A stretch of 64,000 nucleotides of DNA. Source: Felis catus (lineage: Eukaryota). Where the stretch lies: positions 141,362,001 through 141,426,000 of the forward strand of contig NC_058368.1 of the NCBI RefSeq assembly GCF_018350175.1. Direction: 5' to 3'. The notes beneath the pieces were generated by a model, which worked only from the letters and a program-made list of their open reading frames with translations, ran no database searches and had not been told where the DNA came from. Positions 23,008 through 36,103 of this stretch are shown piece after piece. Position numbers and translations under genes: made by a program. Every line of letters begins with the position of its first letter. The stretch's first letter is position 1.

Positions 23008-25892
23008 CTGGGTAGAGAAAAAAAGTGAAAAAAAAATCTCTGGTGACATTTATTTGCTAAAATAACTTACAAATATCAGAATTTATTAATGGTATTTTAA
23101 CTTACTAATATTAATTCAGGTTAGGTTAAACCACTTCAACAAATACTTAAGGAATATCTTCTGGGTTTTAGGCCAGGTACAAAGATAAATAAAACTGAAG
23201 ATGCAAAGATAAATAAAACCAGAGTTACAATGAATCAGCAGCTAGAACTGTAAGAATAAGGGAGGCCTATAATCTTTCAAGTCCTTCCTGGCTTGAATTA
23301 TGATTAAACTCTGACTTAAGTGATAGGAAACTAAGCTGAGGAAGAGCTTCACTTGATGGGAAGTGATATTCCAAGAATGGAACAAAGGAATCACTTTCTC
23401 AGGTAAGTTCATTATTTCTATTATTTTCTCTGCAAAGATGTTTTAATTAGTTTCCTATTTAAAGCAAAGATCTCTCCTTTATTCCTCTTGGCTCTTGGTC
23501 TTTCCATGTAAATACCATGTTTTTACTTTGGAAGCTTTGAGGTTTTTTGAAGGTTTTTATTTTGTTTTTTAGTGAAAATGCTTGAAATGCAAAGAAGTAA
23601 AGGAAAGTTTGCTTGCTGGCATGAAAAAAAGAGCTGTGATGAACCCGGTTATAGCTTCTTTCTCCTCTTTACTTCCCATTCACTATATATAAAGGAACAA
23701 TTATCTATACTTTGTAGAGTAGAAGTTATCCATGATAAAAACACTGTCAAGAAAAGTAATTTGTTATACAGGATTACTCACCATAGTGACTCCATTATAA
23801 TAAAATCAAGAAAGCACTGTTCTCAAGCAATGTCCCAACACAACGGTTTACAGCAATCACACTGTAAGCATGTCAAGTAATTTGTTATTAATAATGTAAG
23901 TTTGTAAATGATTCTTTAATAAATCAAAATTGATCCAAAGTGGTTCCCATAATATCATTTTCATTCACTTGAATTCAAGGTTTGCTTTCTGAATACGAGA
24001 GAGAGAAGTGGTATTATAGAAAGCCAGCTAAGAACTGTGTATAACTGGCCCCTTACAGTTAACAACCATTAATAAATGATAATCCATTAGCAGCTATGGC
24101 ATTTAGAAAACATGTTCTTCCTTGCAAAACTGTTAGTGTGTTTCATAAAATCTGGGTATGCCTTGAACGTCTTCATCGAAGTAAACATCGTTAGGCACAG
24201 ATGTCTATTGTTGGTGAACTGACACACTACGACACAATAATCATTTTGTTCCTGAGATTATCTGTTCCAATGAATTTTACCACTATATGAGATCCATAAA
24301 ATTTCACTACTTCAGTCATATAACAATTTCCTTAACATTCCAAACTGAGCTTCAAGTTCGAAATTCTCATACTTTCAAATCCCATAAGTAACTGCTGTCT
24401 TCACTGGCTCTGACAATTCCCACACTCAGCACTCATTTCAAAATCCTTCAATTACATTTCCTACTACAGGAGCTAAGAGATTATTCAGGAATTGGGAAAT
24501 TGGTCAAATACATTCTTACCAAAGTCTATTAATAATTTTTTTAATATAGAACTACGTTATCTTTTTAACAGAAAGGACCTTCAAAACTTCCTAGGTAACT
24601 AGTGAGAAATCACCTGCAGAGTTATTTTTAAATCCATGCCTAACATTTATTCTTATTTCAAAACGAAATATAGAAAAGATCTGGAGACTTAAAAGAAAAC
24701 AAAACAATCATTTTTAAATTAAAAATACAATTTCTTATTTAATAACATACATTTTTCTGAATCAGAATAGTAAACAATGCCTGAGTACCAAAAATAGTTG
24801 CTGGACGTCAATCTTTAATAGCTTATGTTTCTAGGCCTATTGATTTCTTTTTATTTGTATAGTGATGGTGGGGAGGCAGGACTCAAGGTCTTGAGTTTTC
24901 TTTGGTATAAAACATCAATTTCTATTGATTCTTGAAACTCTTATAATTGCTTTTCTCCTTTCTAGAAGACTGCAGGTTTAAAATACATACTTTTTCTAAC
25001 CCTGATTTTTAACTTCTCATTATTGTTTTATCGTGTCTGAATCTCATGAGTTCACAATGAGAGATGATTGAACGGTTGAGAGTTTAGAAATGATAGAGCA
25101 TTTCACCTCAAACTTTAATTCAATCAGTAGTGAACAAAAGTTAAATCTAAACAATGCTCAATAGTAATGCATGAAATCACAGCCAATTTTTTTATTGCTC
25201 AGAGGTCAATTACCTAGTTGGTGGATTACTCAGGCCTTTCAATTTTCTTATATATTCATTGCTGCCTTTTTCTTTTTTCTTTTTTTTGGTGCCATTTCAG
25301 TATTTATTATTACCTCCTCTAAAGAGAAAACATGAAGCTTAAAAATACACATCAATATCACTTTGCTACATATTAGTATCTCCCATAAAATAACAAAGGG
25401 TTGGGAGATCATTCACAAATTATAATTAGCCATGCTATTAGGATGGATAATTGAAAACTAGCTACACTTCATCAGTTTATCTTAAAGTAAATCAGTTTAT
25501 CCTAATCAGTCAAGTACATACTTCAGCCATCTGCAAATCAAAAATGAAAATTCAACCCAAGAATTCCTAATAGTAAGATACATTATAATTGGTAAACAGA
25601 AATAATCAACTATAAAAAAGGACTAATTAAAATGCCAATAAGGTTTAAATTATTCAATAGAAGGAAGAATTATAGCTATATTGCATTAAAATTATAATAA
25701 TAATTTTTAAAACATTCTAAATTAGTAGAATCCAAAGATTCACATCTGAAGATAAGGTTTTAAGAGAAATGCTTCTTTACTGATGGCACAAAATGTATTT
25801 AGTGAGATTCATGCTAGGTGACGAAAATATCAAGATCAATTACATGTGGTTCTTGTTTCAAGATCTTAAAATTCAGCGATTGTTTAGGAATG

Positions 25893-26066
25893 TGCTGTAT
25901 TTCATCAAATCTAAGATAAATTATAAGACATTCTATTATTTTATGGATTATTAAGATAAAAATACTGCCAATTATAACTGAAAGTCACCATCAGATATAT
26001 ACTGTTTCCAAATTTCAGAGGTTAAAATAGGAAAAAATAGTCTTCTTAGAATCAATATAATAATTG
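25893..26066. mobile_element. MER104-like TcMar MITE
   Basis: Degenerate TIRs TGTATTTCATCAAATCTAAGA and TCTTAGAATCAATATAATA. Confidence 0.5.
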
Positions 26067-27303
26067 CCATATTTATTAATGTTTATAATGTGGCACTTTC
26101 TAGTCCAACAAAACTCTGATTATCTCCAGCAGGTTTAAAGCACTAAAGAAATGTTTTTTCAATGAATGAGCAAACATTTAAGTGTTGCAAGGGCTCTGTA
26201 AAATAGATAATCATTCAGTTTATTAACGCAACCTCACTTTTTTTCTTTTATCATTGTTAATATATCTACTGTCACAACAAAAAGTAAAATTAAAAAAATT
26301 TAAAATCCAGCATCCCACTCCACACATGGAATTCCTTTTATTTTTTTCAAGTTCCTGTCCCATATTTATGTATAATCTTCAACATGAAATCACATCTTTA
26401 AAAAAACTCAGACTATACAGTTAAATGACTAAGCAAAAAACTATATGCATGAAAAGAAGTTTAACAAGGTGAAGCATGATTTAAAGAAGACCTATAAAAA
26501 AACTTTTAGAATGTCCCATCTTTTCCTCCCCTAATCATGAGAACTAAATTTACCATAAGAGTTGATGATTCACTCATTCATTCAAGAAATATTTATTAAA
26601 CACTATATATTAAGCATTAAATATAATTATATTTGATATTAAATATTTGATATTGAAAATAAAGATTAAAAGGATAGTTCTTACCCTTGAAGAACTCAGT
26701 CTACATTACTAAGTAATGCTACAGGGTCCACATCATGAATCCATTGAGAATTCTCATTTATACTCAATTTAATTTATAGAAATCATTCCTTTTAAAGGAA
26801 GGTGTTTAACCTTCCCTTTGAACATCTTAGAGAAAGTGCTCTCATTCTTGCCAACTGTGAACTGAAATGTACAGCAAAGCTTCACAAAGATTTGTATAAA
26901 ATATTTTCACAAGAATTCCTATGTCTATTACCTAAGTGCTTATTTAATAGTTCTTATTCATTTGAATATATTTCAATTAAGTCAAAGGTGGCTACAGATA
27001 CCAATATAACCTTAGAGGATATAAGGAAAAGTACAGTCCATAAACCTGCACATAAACTTTCCTGTATTCAATATCTACATAATCATAAAGCACTTGAAAA
27101 ATAAAAACAGAACATTATTATGGCAATACAGAAAATACCTATAGTTAACTAACTTCCCACATAATCCACATATGTAATACATGATGCAACTAAAGTAGTA
27201 TACATTTTTTTATAATAAAATAGAGTTGAAAAATGGTACTACAATACCAAAACCAAACACAACTGAAAATATACAAAAATTTCATTTAAAATAGATTTTT
27301 ACT

Positions 27304-27528
27304 GGGGGTGCCTGGGTGGCTCAGTCGGTTGAGTGACCAACTTCGGCTCAGGTCACGATCTCACAGTTTGTAAGTTCGAGCCCCACATTGGGCTCTATGC
27401 TAACAGCTCTGAGCCTGGAGCCTGCTTCGGATTCTCTGTCTCCCTCTCTCTCTGCCCCTCCCCACCTCATGCTCTGTCTCTGTCTCAGAAATAAACATAC
27501 ACACATACATACATATACATACATAAAT
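27304..27528 (+). mobile_element. CanSINE (first of a tandem pair)
   Basis: TSD AAAATAGATTTTTACT at 27288-27303 and 27529-27544. Confidence 0.92.
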
Positions 27529-27544
27529 AAAATAGATTTTTACT

Positions 27545-27743
27545 GGGGCTCCTGGGTGGCTCAGTCATTTAAGCGTCTGACTCTGGGTTTTGGCTCAGGT
27601 CATGATCTCACTGTTTGTGAGAGTTCGAGTCCCTCGGGCTCTGCGCTGACAGTGAATCTGCTTCAGATTCTGTTACTCCCCCTCTGCCCCTCCTCTGGTT
27701 GTGCTCTCTCTCAAAAAAAATAAACTTAAAAAAATAAAAACCG
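27545..27743 (+). mobile_element. CanSINE (second of a tandem pair)
   Basis: Followed by AAATAGATTTTTATT at 27744-27758. Confidence 0.9.
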
Positions 27744-27933
27744 AAATAGATTTTTATTTATCTTTTTGCTAGAACTACTTGAAGAAAATAAAAGAAGTAT
27801 GTAGAGACTTGTAGAGAAATAAAAGAGAACTTGAAAGCATTTTCATGACCCAGAGACACTGATGTCATTGATCCTTTCTTTAGATTTACTTGAACATGAT
27901 TTTTTTTTTTTCCTTAAGAAAAATGCATACATC

Positions 27934-28133
27934 AGGGCACCTGGGTGGCTCAGTCGGTTAAGTGTCCAACTTTGGCTCAGCTCATGGTCTCACAGTTCGT
28001 GGGTTAGAGTCCCGTGTCAGGCTCTGTGCTGACAGCTCAAAGCCTGGAGCCTGCTCAGGATTCTGTGTCTCCCGCTCTCTCTGCCTCTCCTTCGCTTGCA
28101 CTCTGCCTCTCTTTCTCCAAAATAAACATTAAA
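27934..28133 (+). mobile_element. CanSINE
   Basis: TSD AAAAATGCATACA. Confidence 0.9.
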
Positions 28134-28365
28134 AAAAATGCATACAACTACATAACTCTAATATGTCAATGTCTGACATCCCTCTTTAGTTCACATACAT
28201 TGAAGGTATTGGAAGATTCCATAGTTTTCATGGTCATTAGGAAGGTAAACCCTTTGTAAATTCTCCCCTCCACCAAATCACAAACAAGAAGCTAAACTAC
28301 GCATCAAAGTTTTCAAGTACTAGAAAACCAAAACTCCCTGTGATTTCTATTAAAGGGAATCTCTA

Positions 28366-28578
28366 GAGGTACCTGGGTGGCTCAGTTGGTTAAACGTCTG
28401 ACTTCAGCTCAGGTCATGATTTAACAATTGGCAGGCCCGAGCCCTGTGTTGGGCTCTGTGCTGATAGCTCAGAACCTGGAGCCTGCTTTAGATTCTGTCT
28501 CCCTCTCTCTCTGCCCCTCCTCCCTCATGCTGTGTCTGTCTCAAAAATAAATAAAAATGTTAAGAAAAATTTTTTTAA
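28366..28578 (+). mobile_element. CanSINE
   Basis: TSD TAAAGGGAA(T/G)CTCTA. Confidence 0.9.
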
Positions 28579-28686
28579 TAAAGGGAAGCTCTATTCACCT
28601 GAGCTCAAGTTTCTGTGAAAGAATTTCTAACTACTAAAGAAACATCTTGGCCTCTGTGCCCCACCAGTTAAATTAGCGTGTGAGAA

Positions 28687-28708
28687 TGAACTGAGCATGC
28701 TCAGTTCA
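28687..28708. repeat. Perfect 22-bp palindrome TGAACTGAGCATGCTCAGTTCA
   Basis: Self-reverse-complementary with no spacer. Confidence 0.95.
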
Positions 28709-28993
28709 AATCCTTCAGGGCTTTCTCTGAGGATATGTTTATACAGAGAGGGAACATTCTGGTTTGCTCTTGTTTTTGAGGTAAGCTTACATCTGAGTGG
28801 GAGGCCTGCAGATGTCCAGGTGTACCAATGATTTGAGTGATATGTCTACCCACCTCAGGATGAAGTATGAGAAATCCCACAGCAGTTGTATATCAAAGCC
28901 AACATCCTTTAATCCAGCTTTTTGCCAGTTATTACTTAATATGTTCAGGTCCATCTATGTGATTCCTGCATCCAATATCTAAGAAAAAGTTTT

Positions 28994-29215
28994 CTTGTTT
29001 TTTCATCTTTAAGTTTTATTTATTTTGAGAGAGATAGAGGAAGAAAGATGAAAGTGAGGAGGGGAGGGACATAGAGAGAAGGAGAGAGAGAATCCCAAGC
29101 AGTCTCCATGCTCAGCACAGAGCTGATGCAGGGCTAGATCACATGACTGTGAGATCATGACCTGATCTGTAATCAAAAGTCAGATGCTTAACCAACTGAA
29201 CCACTCAGGTGCCCC
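28994..29215 (-). mobile_element. CanSINE
   Basis: TSD TAAGAAAAAGTTTT. Confidence 0.9.
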
Positions 29216-29299
29216 TTTAAGAAAAAGTTTTATACTCAAACAAAAATACCTTTCAAATTGGCATTTTTATTTCCTCTATATCAAATATATATCATTTTT

Positions 29300-29930
29300 C
29301 AATTTTTCATTATGGATAATTTAAATGTATATAAAAGTGCAAACAGTATGACAAAAATCATCATCATCAGTTACTCATCATCAGTTACTCATCATCTCTC
29401 TTCAATTATCAACTCATGATCAATATTGTTTCATCCGTACCACACCCAATCCCCCCTCTGCAGATTATTTTGAAGCAAATCCAATTAGCTGTATTTCATC
29501 AGTAAATATTTAAGTGTGTATCTTTTAGGAATCCTTTACATCAAAGTTACCATTTAATTTCTTAATGTCACCACATACTCAGTGATCATATTTCCCGATC
29601 TCATGATTTTTTTAAATTTTATTAGAAGGAGGATCTAAATAAAGTTCATAATTGGAGTAATTGATATAGCTCTAAAGTCTTTTGTTCTATTTATTCTTCA
29701 TATTTTTCTCCTTGCAGTTTGTATACTCCAACAGGAAATGTAATTTCTCATAGTCTTTTCCTTGTGTGCATGTAAGGTTAACAGCCATCGGTAAACTCTC
29801 TAAATTTATTAGAAGTTGCAAAATTACAATATTCCAATTCCACAATTTTTCCTAGCCTGAATTCTTCTATAAAAAGAAATTTCCTCCCATCAATTATTAT
29901 TGATCCCAGATACAGTCTGTATAGGAAAGG
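29300..29930 (-). mobile_element. Ancient L1 3' end (L1MC-like)
   Basis: Motifs such as GATTATTTTGAAGCAAATCC and TTTCATCAGTAAATATTT typical of old L1MC 3' ends. Confidence 0.5.
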
Positions 29931-29939
29931 CAATATAGA

Positions 29940-30372
29940 TCTTGCAGATACCCCTTCAGGAGAAGCTGCCCAGCTCTCAGAAAGGTGATTACCAGCCTCC
30001 ACCTGTTGACTTCAGGGTCCATTTCAGTTTTGAAGCCAAAGTCATACTACCTCAGTTGGCTTCCAGGTAATGGAACTTAAGCAAGGTGGTGGAAGCCAGA
30101 AGCATGTTCCTGGATGACCCTCAGCTAATGACTAAGCAAGGCAGGGTTAAAAGTTCCAGTTACTTCTATCCAACATAGAATTCCCCTAAAGGGCATTCTT
30201 TCCTCCAGAGCTCTCCATGGGGCCTATAGAGACTTTGTCAAATCTAGACCATCGTCTGAGACAGCTCCCCTTGTCCAATCCTGCTTCTTTCTCTGTCCCT
30301 TCACTGGTGTTTCTAATAAACCATTTGCATATTTAATTCCATTTTGTTATCTGCTTTGCAGGGAACTCAGGG
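29940..30372 (+). mobile_element. ERVL solo LTR (LTR33-like)
   Basis: CCAATCCTGCTTC...AATAAAC...TCTGCTTTGCAGGGAAC 3' signature. Confidence 0.55.
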
Positions 30373-31515
30373 ATTAAGAGGGTCTAAATCACCTTGACTA
30401 TTGATTTCTATTCTCTAAATATAAGGAAGATATTCTTAGCTTAAGAATATTTTCTTAAAGATATAGCATACTGTTAGTGAATTATCAAACTGTACTGAGT
30501 TGACTTAGTTTCTTGTAAATGTACAGCTTCACCAGCTATCCTAAGGGCACATTTTGTTCTCCAGTCTGGCATTTCATGGGTCACCTGATTCTTTTCCAGT
30601 CATGATCACCATCCTACATAACCTTGTCTGTTTCCTGGAGGAGCAAGGAATGGTCAAATGAGCAACAGAAAAAACTATTCTTAAAATGTGTTATGAACTC
30701 AGTTTAGTTTAATGTGTCAAATGCTAGAGTATTACATGCAATTTTAGCACAGTCCATTATTTGGAAGACTCTTGCTGAGGCTTAGCCTTCTTTAGTGATC
30801 TCCCAATCAATATGACCCTCACTTCATGTTCAAAAAACACTAAAGAAGAAAAGAAAAGGCAGCTGTCTGTTAGGTTATACAGGATTTATTTGGTATCTTC
30901 AAAAACCAATCTGTGAAAATTTTCCACTCACTGATTTTAGCTGAGCCACCAAGAAAACAAGAAAATCCTTCTGCAAAATTCTCAATAAAATGATATTATC
31001 TAAAGACCTGAAGCGTGAAACCAGGATTACAACAGCTGACCAAAAAACCAGAATGTAAGGTCCATAAAAATTAAATAAAAAACATAAAATATAATATGTA
31101 TTTATTTTAAAACTGAAAAGTATTTCTGTAACTTGACAATGCAAAAATAATATACATCTGGAATAAAGATAATTCTAAATTATCTAAACTACAAAATTGA
31201 GAATGAAAATGCTGTGCTCTTAATTCCATTTAAATAAATACTTATACAGTTTGTATATTTCTCATATCTTTCTTACCAGTAGTGACCATTTAGTTTTTTT
31301 CTTTCAGTGAAGAATTCCGTTTTTTAAAGCAAAACACAGATTGAAAGTTCTATAGGTCTTTGACTGACAGAAAAACTTCCTAACTGGATGTAAATTTTGG
31401 CATAGTAATAACTTGAATACAAATAATTAAATGTGACTCATGTAGTAATATCTTCACTTTATTGCAAAAGCCAAAATGTAAGTTTTGCATCCGTTTTTAG
31501 ACATTTAGATTCACT

Positions 31516-32019
31516 GTGGTGGGCAGCAAACATGGCCACAAGTTATTCTCCCTTTGTCTAGCACCACTTACAATAGGACTTAGTTGCTTCTCCCCTCAAA
31601 AGGTAGAGTTTATTTACCAACATAGTGAATTTGGCCAGCTCCTGACTTGCTTTGGCAAACAATACAGCAGCAAACACCACAAAGATGTGAGAAGAGCTTA
31701 CAACAGAGCTTTCCCTTTTGTTCTTATGAGAACTCCATGATCACTACGTGCACAAGCACTTGAGCCATCTTATGAAGAGCGATCCCAGTCATCCCAGCTG
31801 AGTCCAATGTGAATCACCCAGCCCAGCCCATTTACCTGTTGACCAGAGATGCATAGGTTAGGTTTACTACCTAACCAAGATCAGCTGATCTTGGCACAGA
31901 TGGAAAACACCCACCCAGCTGAACCTAGCCTAATAATTGGTGAGCTAAGTAAACAGCAGGTTGTATTAAACCACTAAGTTTGGGGTGGTATTTAAAAGAG
32001 CAATATATAACTTGATACA
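31516..32019 (+). mobile_element. MaLR solo LTR (MLT1G/H-like)
   Basis: TGTGG start; CCACTAAGTTTGGGGTGG...GCAATATATAAC..ATACA end. Confidence 0.7.
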
Positions 32020-32679
32020 CTTATCTATAACTTTCTACTGTTAACAGAACATTTACTACATCATTAAACAACTTATTTATACAGGAACATCACTGTGGGG
32101 AAAATGTAATCAGATACTAGCATTTTCACAATGATCATTATTCTAGGTGATGGCCTTTTCTGCAGATTCTTACTCTATGTAATAAAAGCCAAGAGGACAT
32201 TTCAGAGGACAGGTAGTAACGAACATGGAATCTTAACAGTTAATCTATATAAAAATTTAAAGATCACATCCTGAAAGTACACTGTATATTTTTATTTAAT
32301 TTTCTTACACAACATGATCTGAGGATTCCTTAAGACCCAAATATTAGTGATTATAGTCTAAGAAACTACAGTAAAACTTTGGTTTGTGAACATAATTCGT
32401 TCCAGGAACATGCTTGTAATCCAAAGCACTTGTATATTAAAGCAAATTTCAAGAACCATTGGCTCACTTGTGATCATGCAATGTTTGGAGTCACACACTA
32501 CTCATACTGCAAGACACTACTCATTTATCAAGTTAAAATTTATTAGAAATATTTGCTCATCTTGTGGCACATTTGCAGAACAAGTTACTCACAATCCAAG
32601 GTTTTACTGTATTTGGGTTTTTTTAAAACCTGCTTAGCAACTTACTATGGTAAAACATGTAAGGAACTTTAGCTGTCCA

Positions 32680-32892
32680 GGGGCAGAGTGGCTCAGTGGC
32701 TCAGTAGGTTAAGCATCTGACTCTTGGCTTCGGCTCAGGTCGGAATCTCATGGTTCTCGAGTTAAAGCCCGGAATCAGGCTCTGCACTGACAGTGCGGAG
32801 CCTGCTTGGGATTCTTTCTCTGTCCTTTCCCTGCTCCTGCTCTCTTTCTCTCTCTCAAAATAAATAAGTAAACTTTAAAAAAAAAAAAAAAA
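32680..32892 (+). mobile_element. CanSINE
   Basis: TSD TTTAGC(T/G)GTCCA; poly(A). Confidence 0.9.
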
Positions 32893-33137
32893 TTTAGCGG
32901 TCCAAACATCCCATGTTTCCAGCGATGCTTAGCTTCAAAAATCTGACTGGCTGGCTGACTAAAAAATCAGAGTGTCTCTTAGAACATATGAGCAATGAAC
33001 ACTACCAAAGGGCTGAAGATTCTTATATTATGGTTTACATGTTATGATTTGTCTGGGTCATATCACAACAAAACAGTGTTGGAAGGCTAGTAATATATAT
33101 GAGGTCAATCTTTTCAAGCAAAAGTTGAGGAACATAG

Positions 33138-33860
33138 TGTTGTACAATAATGTGTCAGGATTTTGTCCCTGGTTTCTAGAAGGCAGCTGGGCTCCTCAGA
33201 ACTCACCTGTGTTTATGCTAATGAGATGATTTAGGGTGGGCTCCCTACACAATTAAGGATAGGGGCTGGCCATGTGGGAAATATGAACCATGTAATTAAA
33301 GGTTTGGTGCTGTGAGCCCTGGGATATCAGCCTGACCCTCCAACCTGAGGCTGAAGTATGGGCAAAGGGCAGGGAGAGAAGGGCTGGAAATTGAGTTCAG
33401 TCAGGTGACAAATGACTCAATCATTCCTATGTAATGAACCCCAAGAAAACTAAGGATAATAAAAACTCTGGATACTCAGAACTTAAGTGAGCTTCCTTGT
33501 TGGTAATACATACTGATGTGCTGAAAGGGTGACATGTCCTGAGGACAGAGAAGCTTTGGATCTGAGATCTTTCTAGACCTATGCATCCATGTATTCAGCT
33601 GGTCCTGACTGGCATTCTTTATCATAAAACTGCAATTTTAAGAACAGCGCTTTCCTGAGTTCTGTTAGTCTTTCTAGTAAGTATCGCACCTGAGCCGGTA
33701 GTGGAAATTTGTAGCCAGTTGGTCAGAAGTGTGAGTGGCCTGGGACCCCTAGAGATTACAACTGGCGACTGATGTGCAGAGAGTGCTGTGCAGGACTGTG
33801 TCCCTAGCCTGTAAAATTTAATCTAACTCCAGGTAGTGTCATACTTGAACTGCACATGGG
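33138..33860 (+). mobile_element. Solo LTR (MER21-like)
   Basis: TTTATGCTAATGAGATGA, GGGCTGGAAATTGAGTTCA, AATAAAAACTCTGGA, TTTGTAGCCAGTTGGTCAGAAGT motifs. Confidence 0.7.
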
Positions 33861-34951
33861 AAAAGCAATACCAAAGACATTAAAGGAAAAAAAAAAAGAG
33901 AGAAGACAAGGCTAATAGACATGAGAAGTGATGGTCAGAATTAGGAATAATCACAACAGCAGTCACCCATGGAGTCAAAAATGGAAAAAAAAAAAAGTAT
34001 CAAAGGTAAAAGAGAAGATTAGAGATGATAGCAGAAAAATTGATAGGAACAACAGACGGGGGTTAGGGAGTTAGGATGGCATGAAACATGCACACTTAAT
34101 ATTATCTGTGGGGTCATATTCATTCATTTAACAACTATTAATCACCTGCTATATGTAAGGCACTGTCTCAGGTACTAAGGATACTGTGGTGAATAAGAAA
34201 AACATGCCTCCGATGAAGTTTAGATTCTAGTGAAGACAAATATTAAGTAGTTACACAACTACTTAGTTACCTCTAAGTTACTAATTAGTTACCTCTAATT
34301 GTTATTGTGCTACATATTACAAAGGATAACCTTTAGTTGACTAAGGGCTTAATAAACAGATACATACATCAGAAATGAGCTAAATCTATAATCCTAAGAC
34401 CTACATACTTCATCTCTATTTGCAGTTAAACACAGTATTATCTCAGTTGACAAGAAAGTAAATAATGAACATTTTAAAAGGATTTCCTCATTAACATAAG
34501 ATTCAGATTAAATATTTACTTTCTACTAAAAATAGCACATTCCTGGTAGGTACTTGATAGTTAAACATTTCCCATATTTGTTTCTCAAATTTAGGTTCAC
34601 CTTAACAAAACTCGTGTAAAATTTGTTTACAAGCAAATTTTAAAGTCATACACTTCTTCTAAACTAACAAAAAATTTTCCTGAGCCATAAAAAACAAAAG
34701 AAACTTCAAATAAAAATAACCATCAAATCACCAAATATGACATGATGACTTCCGGGCAAAAAATGACTTCAGACGCATATTTCATTAAGATGCAGATGTC
34801 AATTTCGAGTAAATAGTTGAAATTTTTAGATAAGATGATCAGATTTGAAATTTTTAGAAAAGATGTATTAATTATGAAGCTGTTTTCAAATATACAATTC
34901 CCTAAAAGCTCTTTCCAAACAGTAGGCAACTGGACAACCAGAGCTTCTTAC

Positions 34952-35067
34952 CTGTATTCATCTAACTGTACCAGAAACCGTACAATATCATGATGAGCTT
35001 TCAGTACAAGCAGTTCAGTGTAGGGATTCTGGGTTTGTTCTTCACCTATTGTCTGTAAGGGAGATTT
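34952..35067 (-). CDS. WDR41: WDR41 exon 2 (KSPLQTIGEEQTQNPYTELLVLKAHHDIVRFLVQLDEY-R)
   Basis: 116 nt; pyrimidine tract then caAG acceptor; donor CAG|GTAAGA; in frame with exon 1. Confidence 0.96.
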
Positions 35068-35886
35068 CTTGTATTGGATAAAAAGAAAACAAAAACAAGA
35101 GAGAAAGAGAAATTAAATTATTTATGATAAATAACCATAGTGAAATAAAATACCCTGCTTCATGGTGTACATCTAAGAATATAAGACTTAAAAAGCTATG
35201 ATATCATGTTCTAATACTATATACGATTTCCCCTAATATCAACTGCCAATTTAACATAAAATATTTCTCTTAACCACAAATTCACATCATGAATTTTTTC
35301 TTCTTTGTTAGAAGTGACCTAAATATAATCCTTAAACTCAGATCATCATTCTTCAAATTGTTATCTAAAAACAATCTAAAAGGGAAGAAAAAAATCTCAC
35401 TCTTGCATTCATTTTAGTATTTTCAAGTCACAATACATTTACAAAAAGGGTGAATTTTATGTTAAGGAGATTGTATCTCAATAAACCTGACCTAAAAAAA
35501 ATCAATGGGCCAATCTAACTCTATTTTAGAATGAGTGTTTCTCAATTAAAACTTGACAACAAAACTGCAGATCAAAAGGGTAAAATAGAGACTACAACAG
35601 TGCCTAGCCCGTTATAGGTACTCAATATATGATTGTTGAATGAATAAAAGAAAGGATGAAATCCTTTGGAGTTGATAAATTCAATAAATTCCATTTTGGA
35701 CAGTAAGTCTGATAAAGATAATTGCTAACAGAGAATTAGGTCACAGCCCATAAGCCAGACACTGTGCAAATCATATACGGCATATAATTCACTCAACAAT
35801 TCTGTAAGGTAGGTCTTATTAACCTCATTTCTGTAGTCAAACCCAATACTATTTCATGATAAAACCTTTGTTCTTAACCTCTGAAC

Positions 35887-36103
35887 TGCAATTTCTCAAA
35901 CTTGCCACTACTGAGATTTTGGGCCAAATAATTTTTTGTGGTTGAGGACTATTCTGTGCAATGTAGAATATTCAGCAGTATCTGTAGTTTCTACACACTA
36001 GATGCTAATAGAAATCTAACCTTCCTCATCCTGAAAATCAAAAATGTCTCCAGACATAGCTAAATGTCCCCTAAGGGCAAAACATCCCACCAGAGAAATA
36101 CTG
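35887..36103. mobile_element. MER20-like hAT-Charlie element
   Basis: TTTCTCAA...TTTTGGGCCA..TAATT...AAAAATGTCTCCAGACAT..CTAAATGTCCCCT. Confidence 0.8.
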
